Source: Eledone cirrhosa
Lineage: Eukaryota
DNA length: 64,000 nucleotides
Direction: 5' to 3'
Assembly (NCBI GenBank): GCA_964016885.1
Contig: OZ024743.1
Location: 134,912,001-134,976,000 of the forward strand
Shown here: in pieces, positions 1 through 14,700 of the stretch
Layout of the letters: each line of letters opens with the position of its first letter
How positions within the stretch are numbered: the first letter of the stretch is position 1
Notes under the pieces: generated by a model
Told to the model about the DNA's origin: nothing
Database searches by the model: none
The model's input: only the letters and a program-made list of their open reading frames with translations
Made by a program: the position numbers and the translations under genes

Positions 1-3000
1 AAACACCAAACACCAAACACCAAGCACCAAGCACCAAACACCAAGCACCAAGGACCAAGCACCAAACACCAAGCACCAAGCACCAAACACCAAGCACCAA
101 GCACCAAGCACCAAGCACGAAAGACCAAGCACCAACCATCAAGTACCAAAGATCAAGCACCAAACACCAAACACCAAGCACCAAGCACCAAACACCAAGC
201 ACCAAGCGCCAAACACCAAACACCTAGCACCAAGCACCAAACACCAAGCACCAAGCACCAATCACCAAACACCAAGCACCAAGCACCAAATACCAAACAC
301 CAAGCACCAAGCACCAAACACCAAACACCAAGCACCAAGTACCAAACACCAAACACCAAGTACCAAGTAACAAGCACCAAGCACCAAACACCAAGCACCA
401 AGCAGCAAGCACCAAACACCAAACACCAAACAGCAAACAGCAAACACCACACACCAAGCACCAAAACCAAGTACCAAGCACCAAACACCAAGCACCAAGC
501 ACCAAGTACAAACACCAAGCACCAAGCACCAAACACCAAGCACCAAGCACCAAGCATCAAACACCAAGCATCAAACACCAAACACCAAACACCAAGCAAC
601 AAGCACCAAACACCAAGCACCAAGCACCAAACTCCAAGCAGCAAGCAGAAAGCACCAAACAACAAACACCAAGCACAAAGCACCAAACACCAAGCACCAA
701 AGACCAAACACCAAACACCAAGCACCAAGCACCAAACACCTAACACCAAGCACCAAGCACCAAACACCAAACACCAAGCACCAAGCACCAAACACCAAGC
801 ACCAGGCACCAAGCACCAAACACCAAGCACCAAGCACCAAACACCAAGCACCAAGCATAAAACACCAAGCACCAAGCACCACACACCTAAGACCAAGCAC
901 CAAGCACCAAGCACCAAACACCAAGCACTAAACACCAAACACCAAGCACCAAGCACCAAGCACCAAACACCAAGCACCAAGCACAAAACACCAAGCACCA
1001 AGCACCAAACACCTAACACCAAGCACCAAGCACCAAGCACCAAACACCAAGCACCAAACACCAAACACCAAGCACCAAGCACCAAACACCAAGCACAAAA
1101 CACCAAGCACCAAGCACCAAGTACAAACACCAAGCACCAAGCACCAAACACCAAGCACCAAGCACCTAGCATCAAACACCAAGCATCAAACACCAAACAC
1201 CAAACACCAAGCAACAAGCACCAAACACCAAGCACCAAGCACCAAGCACCAAATACCAAGCACCAATTACGAAGCACCAAACACAGAGCCCCAAGCACCA
1301 AGCACCAAACACCAAACACGAAGCACCAAACACCAAATACCAAGCACCTAGCACCAAACACCAAACACCAAGCACCAATCACCAAGCACCAAACACGAAG
1401 CAGCAAGCAGAAAGCACCAAACAACAAACACCAAGCACCAAGCACCAAACACCAAGCACCATGGACCAAACACCAAACACCAAGCACCAAACACCTAACA
1501 CCAAGCACCAAGCACCAAACACCAAGCACCAAAGACCAAACACCAAACAGCAAACACCAAACACCAAACAGCAAACACCAAACATGAAACAGCCAACACC
1601 ATTGAGCAAAAACCAAACACCAAAAAGCAGACACCAAACAGCAAACAGCAAACACCAAGAAACAAACACCAAGTTCCAAGCACCAAACACCAAACACCAA
1701 GCACCAAACACCAAACCCCAAGCACCAAGCACCAAACACTAATCACAATGCACCAAGCACCAAGCACTAAACACCAAGCACCAAGCACCAAGCACTAAAC
1801 ACCAAACACCAAGGACCAAGCACCAAGCACCAAGAACCAAAGACCAAGCACCAAGCACCAAACACCAAGCACCAAGCACCAAGCATCGAACACCAAGCAT
1901 CAAACACCAAACACCAAGCACCAATCACCAAGCACCAAACACCAAGCACCAACCACCAAACACCAAGCACCAAACATCAAACACCAAGCACCAAGAACCA
2001 AGCACCAAATACCAAACACCAAGCACCACGCACCAAACACCAAACACCAAACACCAAGCACCAAACACCAAACACCAAACACCAAACACCAAGCACCAAG
2101 TACCAAACAACAAGCACCAGGCACCAAGCACCAAACATCAAACACCAAGCACCAAGCACCAAACACCAAGCACCAACCACCAAACACCAAGCACCAATCA
2201 CCAAGCACCAAACACCAAACAGCAAACAGCAAACAGCAAACAGCAAACAGCAAACACCAAGCACCAATCACCAAACAACAAGCACCAGGCACCAAGGACC
2301 AAACACCAAACACCAAGCACCAAGCACCAAGCACCAAACACCAAACACCAAGCACCAAGCACCAAACACCCAGCACCAGAGACCAAACACCAAACAGCAA
2401 ACACCAAACACGAAACAGCAAACACCATACAGCAAACACAAAACACCAAAAAGCAGACACCAAACAGCAAACATCAAACACCAAACACCAAACACCAAAC
2501 AGCAAACAGCAAACACCAAACACCAAGCACCAAACACCAAGTACCAAGCACCAAACACCAAGCACCAAACACCAAACACCAAGCACCAAGCACCAAACAC
2601 TAATCACCAAGCACCAAGCACCAAACACCAAGCACCAAGCACCAAGCACCAAACACCAAGCACCAAAGACCAAGCACCAAGCACCAAGCACCAAACACCA
2701 AGCACCAAGCACCAAGCACCAAACACCAAGCACCAAACACCAACCACCCAGCATCAAGCACCAAGCACCAAACACCAAGCACCAAGCACCAAACACCAAA
2801 CACCAAACACCAAACACCAAGCACCAAGCACCAAACACCAAGCACCAAGGACCAAGCACCAAACACCAAGCACCAAGCACCAAACACCAAGCACCAAGCA
2901 CCAAGCACCAAGCACGAAAGACCAAGCACCAACCATCAAGTACCAAAGATCAAGCACCAAACACCAAACACCAAGCACCAAGCACCAAACACCAAGCACC

Positions 3001-6000
3001 AAGCGCCAAACACCAAACACCTAGCACCAAGCACCAAACACCAAGCACCAAGCACCAATCACCAAACACCAAGCACCAAGCACCAAATACCAAACACCAA
3101 GCACCAAGCACCAAACACCAAACACCAAGCACCAAGTACCAAACACCAAACACCAAGTACCAAGTAACAAGCACCAAGCACCAAACACCAAGCACCAAGC
3201 AGCAAGCACCAAACACCAAACACCAAACAGCAAACAGCAAACACCACACACCAAGCACCAAAACCAAGTACCAAGCACCAAACACCAAGCACCAAGCACC
3301 AAGTACAAACACCAAGCACCAAGCACCAAACACCAAGCACCAAGCACCAAGCATCAAACACCAAGCATCAAACACCAAACACCAAACACCAAGCAACAAG
3401 CACCAAACACCAAGCACCAAGCACCAAACTCCAAGCAGCAAGCAGAAAGCACCAAACAACAAACACCAAGCACAAAGCACCAAACACCAAGCACCAAAGA
3501 CCAAACACCAAACACCAAGCACCAAGCACCAAACACCTAACACCAAGCACCAAGCACCAAACACCAAACACCAAGCACCAAGCACCAAACACCAAGCACC
3601 AGGCACCAAGCACCAAACACCAAGCACCAAGCACCAAACACCAAGCACCAAGCATAAAACACCAAGCACCAAGCACCACACACCTAAGACCAAGCACCAA
3701 GCACCAAGCACCAAACACCAAGCACTAAACACCAAACACCAAGCACCAAGCACCAAGCACCAAACACCAAGCACCAAGCACAAAACACCAAGCACCAAGC
3801 ACCAAACACCTAACACCAAGCACCAAGCACCAAGCACCAAACACCAAGCACCAAACACCAAACACCAAGCACCAAGCACCAAACACCAAGCACAAAACAC
3901 CAAGCACCAAGCACCAAGTACAAACACCAAGCACCAAGCACCAAACACCAAGCACCAAGCACCTAGCATCAAACACCAAGCATCAAACACCAAACACCAA
4001 ACACCAAGCAACAAGCACCAAACACCAAGCACCAAGCACCAAGCACCAAATACCAAGCACCAATTACGAAGCACCAAACACAGAGCCCCAAGCACCAAGC
4101 ACCAAACACCAAACACGAAGCACCAAACACCAAATACCAAGCACCTAGCACCAAACACCAAACACCAAGCACCAATCACCAAGCACCAAACACGAAGCAG
4201 CAAGCAGAAAGCACCAAACAACAAACACCAAGCACCAAGCACCAAACACCAAGCACCATGGACCAAACACCAAACACCAAGCACCAAACACCTAACACCA
4301 AGCACCAAGCACCAAACACCAAGCACCAAAGACCAAACACCAAACAGCAAACACCAAACACCAAACAGCAAACACCAAACATGAAACAGCCAACACCATT
4401 GAGCAAAAACCAAACACCAAAAAGCAGACACCAAACAGCAAACAGCAAACACCAAGAAACAAACACCAAGTTCCAAGCACCAAACACCAAACACCAAGCA
4501 CCAAACACCAAACCCCAAGCACCAAGCACCAAACACTAATCACAATGCACCAAGCACCAAGCACTAAACACCAAGCACCAAGCACCAAGCACTAAACACC
4601 AAACACCAAGGACCAAGCACCAAGCACCAAGAACCAAAGACCAAGCACCAAGCACCAAACACCAAGCACCAAGCACCAAGCATCGAACACCAAGCATCAA
4701 ACACCAAACACCAAACACCAAGCACCAAACACCATGCACCAAGCACCAAACACCAAGCACCCAGCACCAAACACCAAGCACCAATCACCAAGCACCAAAC
4801 ACCAAGCACCAACCACCAAACACCAAGCACCAAACATCAAACACCAAGCACCAAGAACCAAGCACCAAATACCAAACACCAAGCACCACGCACCAAACAC
4901 CAAACACCAAACACCAAGCACCAAACACCAAACACCAAACACCAAACACCAAGCACCAAGTACCAAACAACAAGCACCAGGCACCAAGCACCAAACATCA
5001 AACACCAAGCACCAAGCACCAAACACCAAGCACCAACCACCAAACACCAAGCACCAATCACCAAGCACCAAACACCAAACAGCAAACAGCAAACAGCAAA
5101 CAGCAAACAGCAAACACCAAGCACCAATCACCAAACAACAAGCACCAGGCACCAAGGACCAAACACCAAACACCAAGCACCAAGCACCAAGCACCAAACA
5201 CCAAACACCAAGCACCAAGCACCAAACACCCAGCACCAGAGACCAAACACCAAACAGCAAACACCAAACACGAAACAGCAAACACCATACAGCAAACACA
5301 AAACACCAAAAAGCAGACACCAAACAGCAAACATCAAACACCAAACACCAAACACCAAACAGCAAACAGCAAACACCAAACACCAAGCACCAAACACCAA
5401 GTACCAAGCACCAAACACCAAGCACCAAACACCAAACACCAAGCACCAAGCACCAAACACTAATCACCAAGCACCAAGCACCAAACACCAAGCACCAAGC
5501 ACCAAGCACCAAACACCAAGCACCAAAGACCAAGCACCAAGCACCAAGCACCAAACACCAAGCACCAAGCACCAAGCACCAAACACCAAGCACCAAACAC
5601 CAACCACCCAGCATCAAGCACCAAGCACCAAACACCAAGCACCAAGCACCAAACACCAAACACCAAACACCAAACACCAAGCACCAAGCACCAAACACCA
5701 AGCACCAAGGACCAAGCACCAAACACCAAGCACCAAGCACCAAACACCAAGCACCAAGCACCAAGCACCAAGCACGAAAGACCAAGCACCAACCATCAAG
5801 TACCAAAGATCAAGCACCAAACACCAAACACCAAGCACCAAGCACCAAACACCAAGCACCAAGCGCCAAACACCAAACACCTAGCACCAAGCACCAAACA
5901 CCAAGCACCAAGCACCAATCACCAAACACCAAGCACCAAGCACCAAATACCAAACACCAAGCACCAAGCACCAAACACCAAACACCAAGCACCAAGTACC

Positions 6001-6077
6001 AAACACCAAACACCAAGTACCAAGTAACAAGCACCAAGCACCAAACACCAAGCACCAAGCAGCAAGCACCAAACACC
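1..6077. repeat. HOR block A: ~2.8-kb unit, two full copies plus a partial third
   Basis: Identical translations at 153/2950 and 1461/4258 give offset 2797. Later offsets are 2860 (2946/5806, 2950/5810). Similarity ends near 6078. 2797 = 400 monomers minus three 6-bp units. Confidence 0.92.
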
Positions 6078-9000
6078 AATCACCAAACAGCAAACACCAA
6101 ACAGCAAACAGAAAACACCAAATAGCAAGCAGCAAACACCAAACAGCAAACAGAAAAAGCCAAACATCAAACGAGAAACACCAAACGCCAAGCACCAAGC
6201 ACCAAACACCAAACACCAAGCACCAAGCACCAAGCACCAAATACCAAACACCAAGCACCAAGCACCAAACACCAAACACCAAGCACCAAACACCTAACAA
6301 CAAGCACCAAGCACCAAACACCAAACACCAAGCACCAAGCACCAAGCACCAAACACCAAGCACCAAGCACCAAGCACCAAGCACCATCCACCAAACACCA
6401 AGCACCAAGCACCAAACACCAAGCACCAAGCACCAAACACCAAGCACCAAGCACCAAGCACCAAACAACAAGCACCAAGCACCAAACACCATTCACCAAG
6501 CACCAAACACCAAACACCAAGCACCAAGCACAAATCACCAAGCACCAAGCAGCAAGCACCAAGCTCCAAGCACTAAACACCAAACAGCAAGCACCAAGCA
6601 GCAAGCACCAAACACCAAGCACCAAACACCAAGCACCAAACACCACGAACCAAGCACCAAGCACCAAAAACCAAGCAACAAGCGCCAAAGACCAAACAAC
6701 AAGCACCAAGCACCAATCACCAAACACCAAGCACCAAGCACCAAACACCAAACAACAAGCACCAAGCACCACACACCAAATACCAAGCACCAAGCACTAA
6801 ACATCAAACACCAAGCACCAAGCACCAAGCACCAAGCACGAAACACCAAGCACCAAGCACCAAACACCAAACATAAAACACCAAGTACCAAGCACCAAAC
6901 ACGAAACACCAAACACCAAGCACCAAACACCAAACACCTAGCACCAAGCACCAAACAACAAGCACCAAGCACACAGCACCAAACACCAAGCACCAAGCAC
7001 CAAGCACCAAATACCAAACACCAAGCACCAAGCACCACACATCAAACACCAAGCACCAATAACCAAACACCAAACACCAGGCACCAAACACCAAGCACCA
7101 ATCACCAAGCACCAAGCACCAACCACCAAACACCAAGCACCAAGCACCAAACACCAAGCACCAAGCACCAAAGAGAAAAAACCCAAGCACCAATCACCGA
7201 ACACCAAACACCAAACACCACACAGCAAACCCCAAACAGCAAACACCAAACAGCAAACACCAAACACCAAATAGCAAACACCAAACAGCAAACAGCAAAC
7301 AGCAAACACCAAGCACCAAGCACCAAACACCAAGCACCAAACACCAAACACCAAGCATCAAGCACCAAACAGCAAACACCAAGCACCAAGCACCAATCAC
7401 CAAGCACCAAGATCCAAGCACCAAACACCAAGCAGCAAACACCAAACACCAAGCACCAAGCACCAAACACCAAGCACCAAACACCAAACACCAAGCATCA
7501 AGCACCAAACAGCAAACACCAAGCACCAAGCACCAAACACCAAACACCAAGCACCAAGCATCAAACACCAAACACCAAGCACCAAGCACTAAACACCAAA
7601 CACCAAGCACCAAGCACCAAACACAAAACACCAAGCACCAAGCACCAAGCACCAAGCACCAAGCACCAAGCACCAAGCACCAAGCACCAAGCACCAAACA
7701 CCAAGCACCCAGCACCAAACACCAAACACCAAGCACCAAGTACAAAGCACCAAGCACCAAGTACAAAGCACCAAGCACCAAGCAGCAAGCACCAAGCACC
7801 AAGCACCAAACACCAAACACCAAGCACCAAGCACCAAGAACCAATCACCAAGCACCAAACACCAAACACCAAGCACCAAGCACCAAACACCAAGCACCAA
7901 GTGCCAAACACCAAACACCAAACACCAAACACCAAGCACCAAGCACCAAACACCAAGCACCAAGCACCAAACACCAAACACCAAGCACCAAGGACCAAAC
8001 ACCAAGCACCAAGCACCAAGCACCAAGCACCAAGCACCAATCACCAAGCACCAAGCACCAAACACCAAGCATCAAGCACCAAACAGCAAACACCAACCAC
8101 CAAGCACCAAACACCAAACACCAAGCACCAAGCACTAAACACCAAACACCAAGCACCAAGCACCAAACACCAAGCACCAAGCACCAAACACCAAGCACCA
8201 AGCACCAGGCACCAAGCACCAAGCACCAAACACCAAGCACCAAGCACCAAACACCAAACACCAAGCACCAAGCACTAAACACCAAACACCACACAGCAAA
8301 CACCAAACAGCAAACACCAATCTGCAAACACCAAACACCAAATAGCAAACCCCAAACAGCAAACACCAAACACCAAACAGCAAACACCAAACACCAAACA
8401 CCAAGCACCAAACACCAAACACCAAACACAAAACACCAAGCACCAAGCACCAAGCACCAAACAGCAAGCACCAAGCACCAAACACAAAGCACCAAGCCCC
8501 AAGCACCAAGTACCAAACACCAAGCACCAAGCACCAAACACCAAACACCACACAGCAAACACCAAACAGCAAACACCAAACTGCATACACCAAACACAAA
8601 ATAGCAAACACCAAACAGCAAAAACCAAACACCAAACAGCAAACACCAAACACCAAACACCAAGCACCAAACACCAAACACCAAACACAAAACAGCAAGC
8701 ACCAAGCACCAAGCACCAAACACCAGACACCAAGCACGAAGCACCAAACACCAAACACCAAGCACCAAGCACGAAGCACCAAACAGCAAGCACCAAGCAC
8801 CAAACACCAAGCACCAAGCACCAGACACCAAACACCAAACACCAAGCACCAAACACCAAACACCAAACACCAAGCACCAAGCACAAAGCAACAAACACCA
8901 AGCACCAAGCACCAAGCACCAAACAACAAGCACCAAGCACCAAGCACCAAACACCAATCACCAAGCACCAAACACCAAACACCAAGCACCAAGCACGAAG

Positions 9001-11100
9001 CACCAATCACCAAGCAGCAAGGACCAAACACCAAGCACCAAACACCAAGCACCAAGGACCAAGCACCAAACACCAAGCACCAAGCACCAAGCACCAAGCA
9101 CCAAGCACCAAAGTCCAAGCACCAACCATCAAGTACCAAACACCAAGCACCAAGTACCAAACAACAAACACCAAGCACCAAGTAACAAGCACCAAGCACC
9201 AAACACCAAGCACCAAGCAGCAAGCACCAAACACCAATCACCAAACAGCAAACACCAAACACCATACAGCAAACACAAAACACCAAAAAGCAGACACCAA
9301 ACAGCAAACATCAAACACCAAACACCAAACACCAAACAGCAAAGAGCAAACACCAAACACCAAGCACCAAACACCAAGTACCAAGCACCAAACACCAAGC
9401 ACCAAACACCAAACACCAAGCACCAAGCACCAAACACCAAACACTAATCACCAAGCACCAAGCACCAAGCACCAAGCACCAAACACCAAGCACCAAAGAC
9501 CAAGCACCAAGTACCAAGCACCAAACACCAGGCACCAAGCACCAAGCACCAAACACCAAGCACCAAACACCAACCACCCAGTATCAAGCACCAAGCACCA
9601 AACACCAAGCACCAAGCACCAAACACCAAACACCAAACACCAAGCACCAAGCACCAAACACCAAGCACCAAGCACCAAACACCAAGCACCAAACACCAAA
9701 CACCAAGCACCAAGCACCAAACACCAAGCACCAAACACCAAACACCAAGAACCAAGTACCAAACACCAAGCACCAAGCACCAAGCACCAAGTACAAACAC
9801 CAAGCACCAAGCACCAAACACCAAGCACCAAGCACCAAGCATCAAACACCAAGCATCAAACACCAAACACCAAACACCAAGGACCAAACACCAAGCATAA
9901 AGCACCAAACACGAAGCAGCAAGCAGAAAGCACCAAACAACAAACACCAAGCACCAAGCGCCAAACACCAAGCACCAAGGACCAAACACCAAACACCATG
10001 CACCAAGCACCAAACACCTAACACCAAGCACCAAGCACCAAACACCAAACACCAAGCACCAAGCACCAAACACCAAGCACCAGGCACCAAGCACCAAACA
10101 CCAAGCACCAAGCACCAAACACCAAGCACCAAGCAGAAAACACCAAGCACCAAGCACCAAACACCTAACACCTAACACCAAGCACCAAGCACCAAGCACC
10201 AAGCACCAAACACCAAACACCAAGCACCAAGCACCAAACACCAAGCACCAAACACCAAGAACCAAGCACCAAACACCAAGCTCCAAACACCAAGCACCAA
10301 GCACCAAGCACCAAACACCAAGCACCAAGCACCAAGCACCAAGTACAAACACCAAGCACCAAACACCAAACACCAAACACCAAACACCAAGCACCAAGCA
10401 CCAATCACCAAACAACAAGCACCAAGCACCAAGATCCAAACACCAAACACCAAGCACCAAGCACCCAGCACGAAGCACCAAACACGAAGCACGCAGCACC
10501 AAACACCAAGCACCAAGCACCAAACACCAAGCACCAAGCACCAAACACCAAACCCCAAGCACCAAGCACCAAGCACCAAGCACCAAACACCAAACACCAA
10601 GCACCAAATACCAAGCACCAAATACCAAACAGCAAACACCAAACACGAAACAGCAAACACCAAACGCCAAACACCAAGCACCAAGCACCAATCACCAAAC
10701 AACAAGCACCAAGCACCAAGCACCAAACACCAAGCACCAAGCACCAAACACCAAACACCAATCACCAAACACCAAGCACCAAGCACCAAACACCAAACCC
10801 CAAGCACCAAGCACCAAACACTAATCACCAAGCACCAAGCACCAAGCACCAAACACCAAGCACCAAGCACAGAGCACCAAACACCAAACACCAAGCACCA
10901 AAGACCAAGCACCAAGCACCAAGCACCAAGCACCAAACACCAAGCACCAAGCACCAAACACCAACAACCCAGCACCAAACACGAAGCACCAAACACGAAG
11001 CACCAAGCACCTAGCACAAAACACCAAACACCAAGCACAAAGCACCAAACACCAAGCACCAATCACCAAGCACCAAACACCAAGCAGCAAGCAGAAAGCA
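6078..11100. repeat. Diverged single-copy layer of the same satellite
   Basis: No long exact ORF-track duplicate nearby. Private variants occur at ~6111-6180, ~7170, ~8321 and ~8581. Partial diverged similarity to block A (9120-9600) and to 25.7-26.9 kb. Confidence 0.7.
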
Positions 11101-11749
11101 CCAAACAACAAACACCAAGCACCAAACACCAAACACCAAGCACCAAGCACCAAACACCTAACACCAAGCACCAAGCACCAAACACCAAACACCAAGCACC
11201 AAGCACCAAACACCAAGCACCAAAGACCAAACACCAAACAGCAAACACCAAACACCAAACAGCATACACTAAACATGAAACAGCAAACACCATAGAGCAA
11301 ACACCAAACACTAAACAGCAAACAGCAAACAGCAAACACCAAGCACCAAACACCAAGTTCCAAGCACCAAACACCAAGCACCAAGCACCAAACACCAAAC
11401 CCCAAGCACCAAGCACCAAACACTAAGCACAATGCACCAAGCACAAAGCACTAAACACCAAGCACCAAGCACCAAGCACCAAGCACCAAGAACCAAAGAC
11501 CAAGCACCAAGCACCAAACACCAAGTACCAAGCACCAAGCATCGAACACCAAGCATCAAACACCAAACACCAAGCACCAAACACCAAGCACGAAACACCA
11601 AGCACCCAGCACCAAACACCAAGCACCAATCACCAAGCACCAAACACCAAGCACCAACCACCAAACACCAAGCACCAGGCACCAAGCACCAAACATCAAA
11701 CACCAAGCACCAAGCACCCAGCACCAAACACCAAACACCAAGCACCAAG

Positions 11750-14700
11750 CACCAAGCACCAAACACCAAACACCAAGCACCAAGCACCAAACACCAAACA
11801 CCAAACACCAAACACCAAACACCAAGCACCAAGCACCAAACAACAAGCACCAGGCACCAAGCACCAACCATCAAACACCAAGCACCAAGCATCAAACACC
11901 AAGCACCAAGCTCCAAACACCAAGCACCAAGCACCAAGCACCAAACACCAAACAGCAAACACCAAACACCAAACAGCAAACAGCAAACACCAAGCACCAA
12001 TCACCAAACAACAAGCACCAGGCACCAAGGACCAAACACCAAACACCAAGCACCAAGCACCAAACACCAAGCACCAGAGACCAAACACTAAACAGCAAAC
12101 ACCAAACACCAAACAGCAAACACCAAACACGAAACAGCAAAAACCATACAGCAAACACCAAACACCAAAAAGCAGACACCAAACAGCAAACACCAAACAC
12201 CAAACAGCAAACAGCAAACACCACACACCAAGCACCAAAACCAAGTACCAAGCACCAAACACCAAGCACCAAGCACCAAGTACAAACACCAAGCACCAAG
12301 CACCAAACACCAAGCACCAAGCACCAAGCATCAAACACCAAGCATCAAACACCAAACACCAAACACCAAGCAACAAGCACCAAACACCAAGCACCAAGCA
12401 CCAAACTCCAAGCAGCAAGCAGAAAGCACCAAACAACAAACACCAAGCACAAAGCACCAAACACCAAGCACCAAAGACCAAACATCAAACACCAAGCACC
12501 AAGCACCAAACACCTAACACCAAGCACCAAGCACCAAACACCAAACACCAAGCACCAAGCACCAAACACCAAGCACCAGGCACCAAGCACCAAACACCAA
12601 GCACCAAGCACCAAACACCAAGCACCAAGCATAAAACACCAAGCACCAAGCACCACACACCTAAGACCAAGCACCAAGCACCAAGCACCAAACACCAAGC
12701 ACTAAACACCAAACACCAAGCACCAAGCACCAAGCACCAAACACCAAGCACCAAGCACAAAACACCAGCACCAAGCACCAAACACCTAACACCAAGCACC
12801 AAGCACCAAGCACCAAACACCAAGCACCAAACACCAAACACCAAGCACCAAGCACCAAACACCAAGCACCAAACACCAAGCACCAAGCACCAAGTACAAA
12901 CACCAAGCACCAAGCACCAAACACCAAGCACCAAGCACCTAGCATCAAACACCAAGCATCAAACACCAAACACCAAACACCAAGCAACAAGCACCAAACA
13001 CCAAGCACCAAGCACCAAGCACCAAATACCAAGCACCAATTACGAAGCACCAAACACAGAGCCCCAAGCACCAAGCACCAAACACCAAACACGAAGCACC
13101 AAACACCAAATACCAAGCACCTAGCACAAAACACCAAACACCAAGCACCAATCACCAAGCACCAAACACGAAGCAGCAAGCAGAAAGCACCAAACAACAA
13201 ACACCAAGCACCAAGCACCAAACACCAAGCACCATGGACCAAACACCAAACACCAAGCACCAAACACCTAACACCAAGCACCAAGCACCAAACACCAAGC
13301 ACCAAAGACCAAACACCAAACAGCAAACACCAAACACCAAACAGCAAACACCAAACATGAAACAGCCAACACCATTGAGCAAAAACCAAACACCAAAAAG
13401 CAGACACCAAACAGCAAACAGCAAACACCAAGCACCAAACACCAAGTTCCAAGCACCAAACACCAAACACCAAGCACCAAACACCAAACCCCAAGCACCA
13501 AGCACCAAACACTAATCACAATGCACCAAGCACCAAGCACTAAACACCAAGCACCAAGCACCAAGCACTAAACACCAAACACCAAGGACCAAGCACCAAG
13601 CACCAAGAACCAAAGACCAAGCACCAAGCACCAAACACCAAGCACCAAGCACCAAGCATCGAACACCAAGCTTCAAACACCAAACACCAAGCACCAAACA
13701 CCAAGCACGAAACACCAAGCACCCAGCACCAAACACCAAGCACCAATCACCAAGCACCAAACACCAAGCACCAACCACCAAACACCAAGCACCAAGCACC
13801 CAGCACCAAACACCAAACACCAAGCACCAAGCACCAAACACCAAACACCAAACACCAAACACCAAACACCAAGCACCAAGCACCAAACAACAAGCACCAG
13901 GCACCAAGCACCAAACATCAAACACCAAGCACCAAGCATCAAACACCAAGCACCAAGCTCCAAACACCAAGCACCAAGCACCAAGCACCAAACACCAAAC
14001 AGCAAACACCAAACACCAAACAGCAAACAGCAAACACCAAGCACCAATCACCAAACAACAAGCACCAGGCACCAAGGACCAAACACCAAACACCAAGCAC
14101 CAAGCACCAAACACCAAGCACCAGAGACCAAACACTAAACAGCAAACACCAAACACCAAACAGCAAACACCAAACACGAAACAGCAAAAACCATACAGCA
14201 AACACCAAACACCAAAAAGCAGACACCAAACAGCAAACACCAAACACCAAACAGCAAACAGCAAACACCACACACCAAGCACCAAAACCAAGTACCAAGC
14301 ACCAAACACCAAGCACCAAGCACCAAGTACAAACACCAAGCACCAAGCACCAAACACCAAGCACCAAGCACCAAGCATCAAACACCAAGCATCAAACACC
14401 AAACACCAAACACCAAGCAACAAGCACCAAACACCAAGCACCAAGCACCAAACTCCAAGCAGCAAGCAGAAAGCACCAAACAACAAACACCAAGCACAAA
14501 GCACCAAACACCAAGCACCAAAGACCAAACACCAAACACCAAGCACCAAGCACCAAACACCTGACACCAAGCACCAAGCACCAAACACCAAACACCAAGC
14601 ACCAAGCACCAAACACCAAGCACCAGGCACCAAGCACCAAACACCAAGCACCAAGCACCAAACACCAAGCACCAAGCATAAAACACCAAGCACCAAGCAC

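Noticed and set aside
12760-12772. Chi-like GCTGGTG on the minus strand at the CACCAG deletion
   Set aside because: It is an incomplete match to GCTGGTGG, expected by chance from the monomer, and there is no bacterial context.
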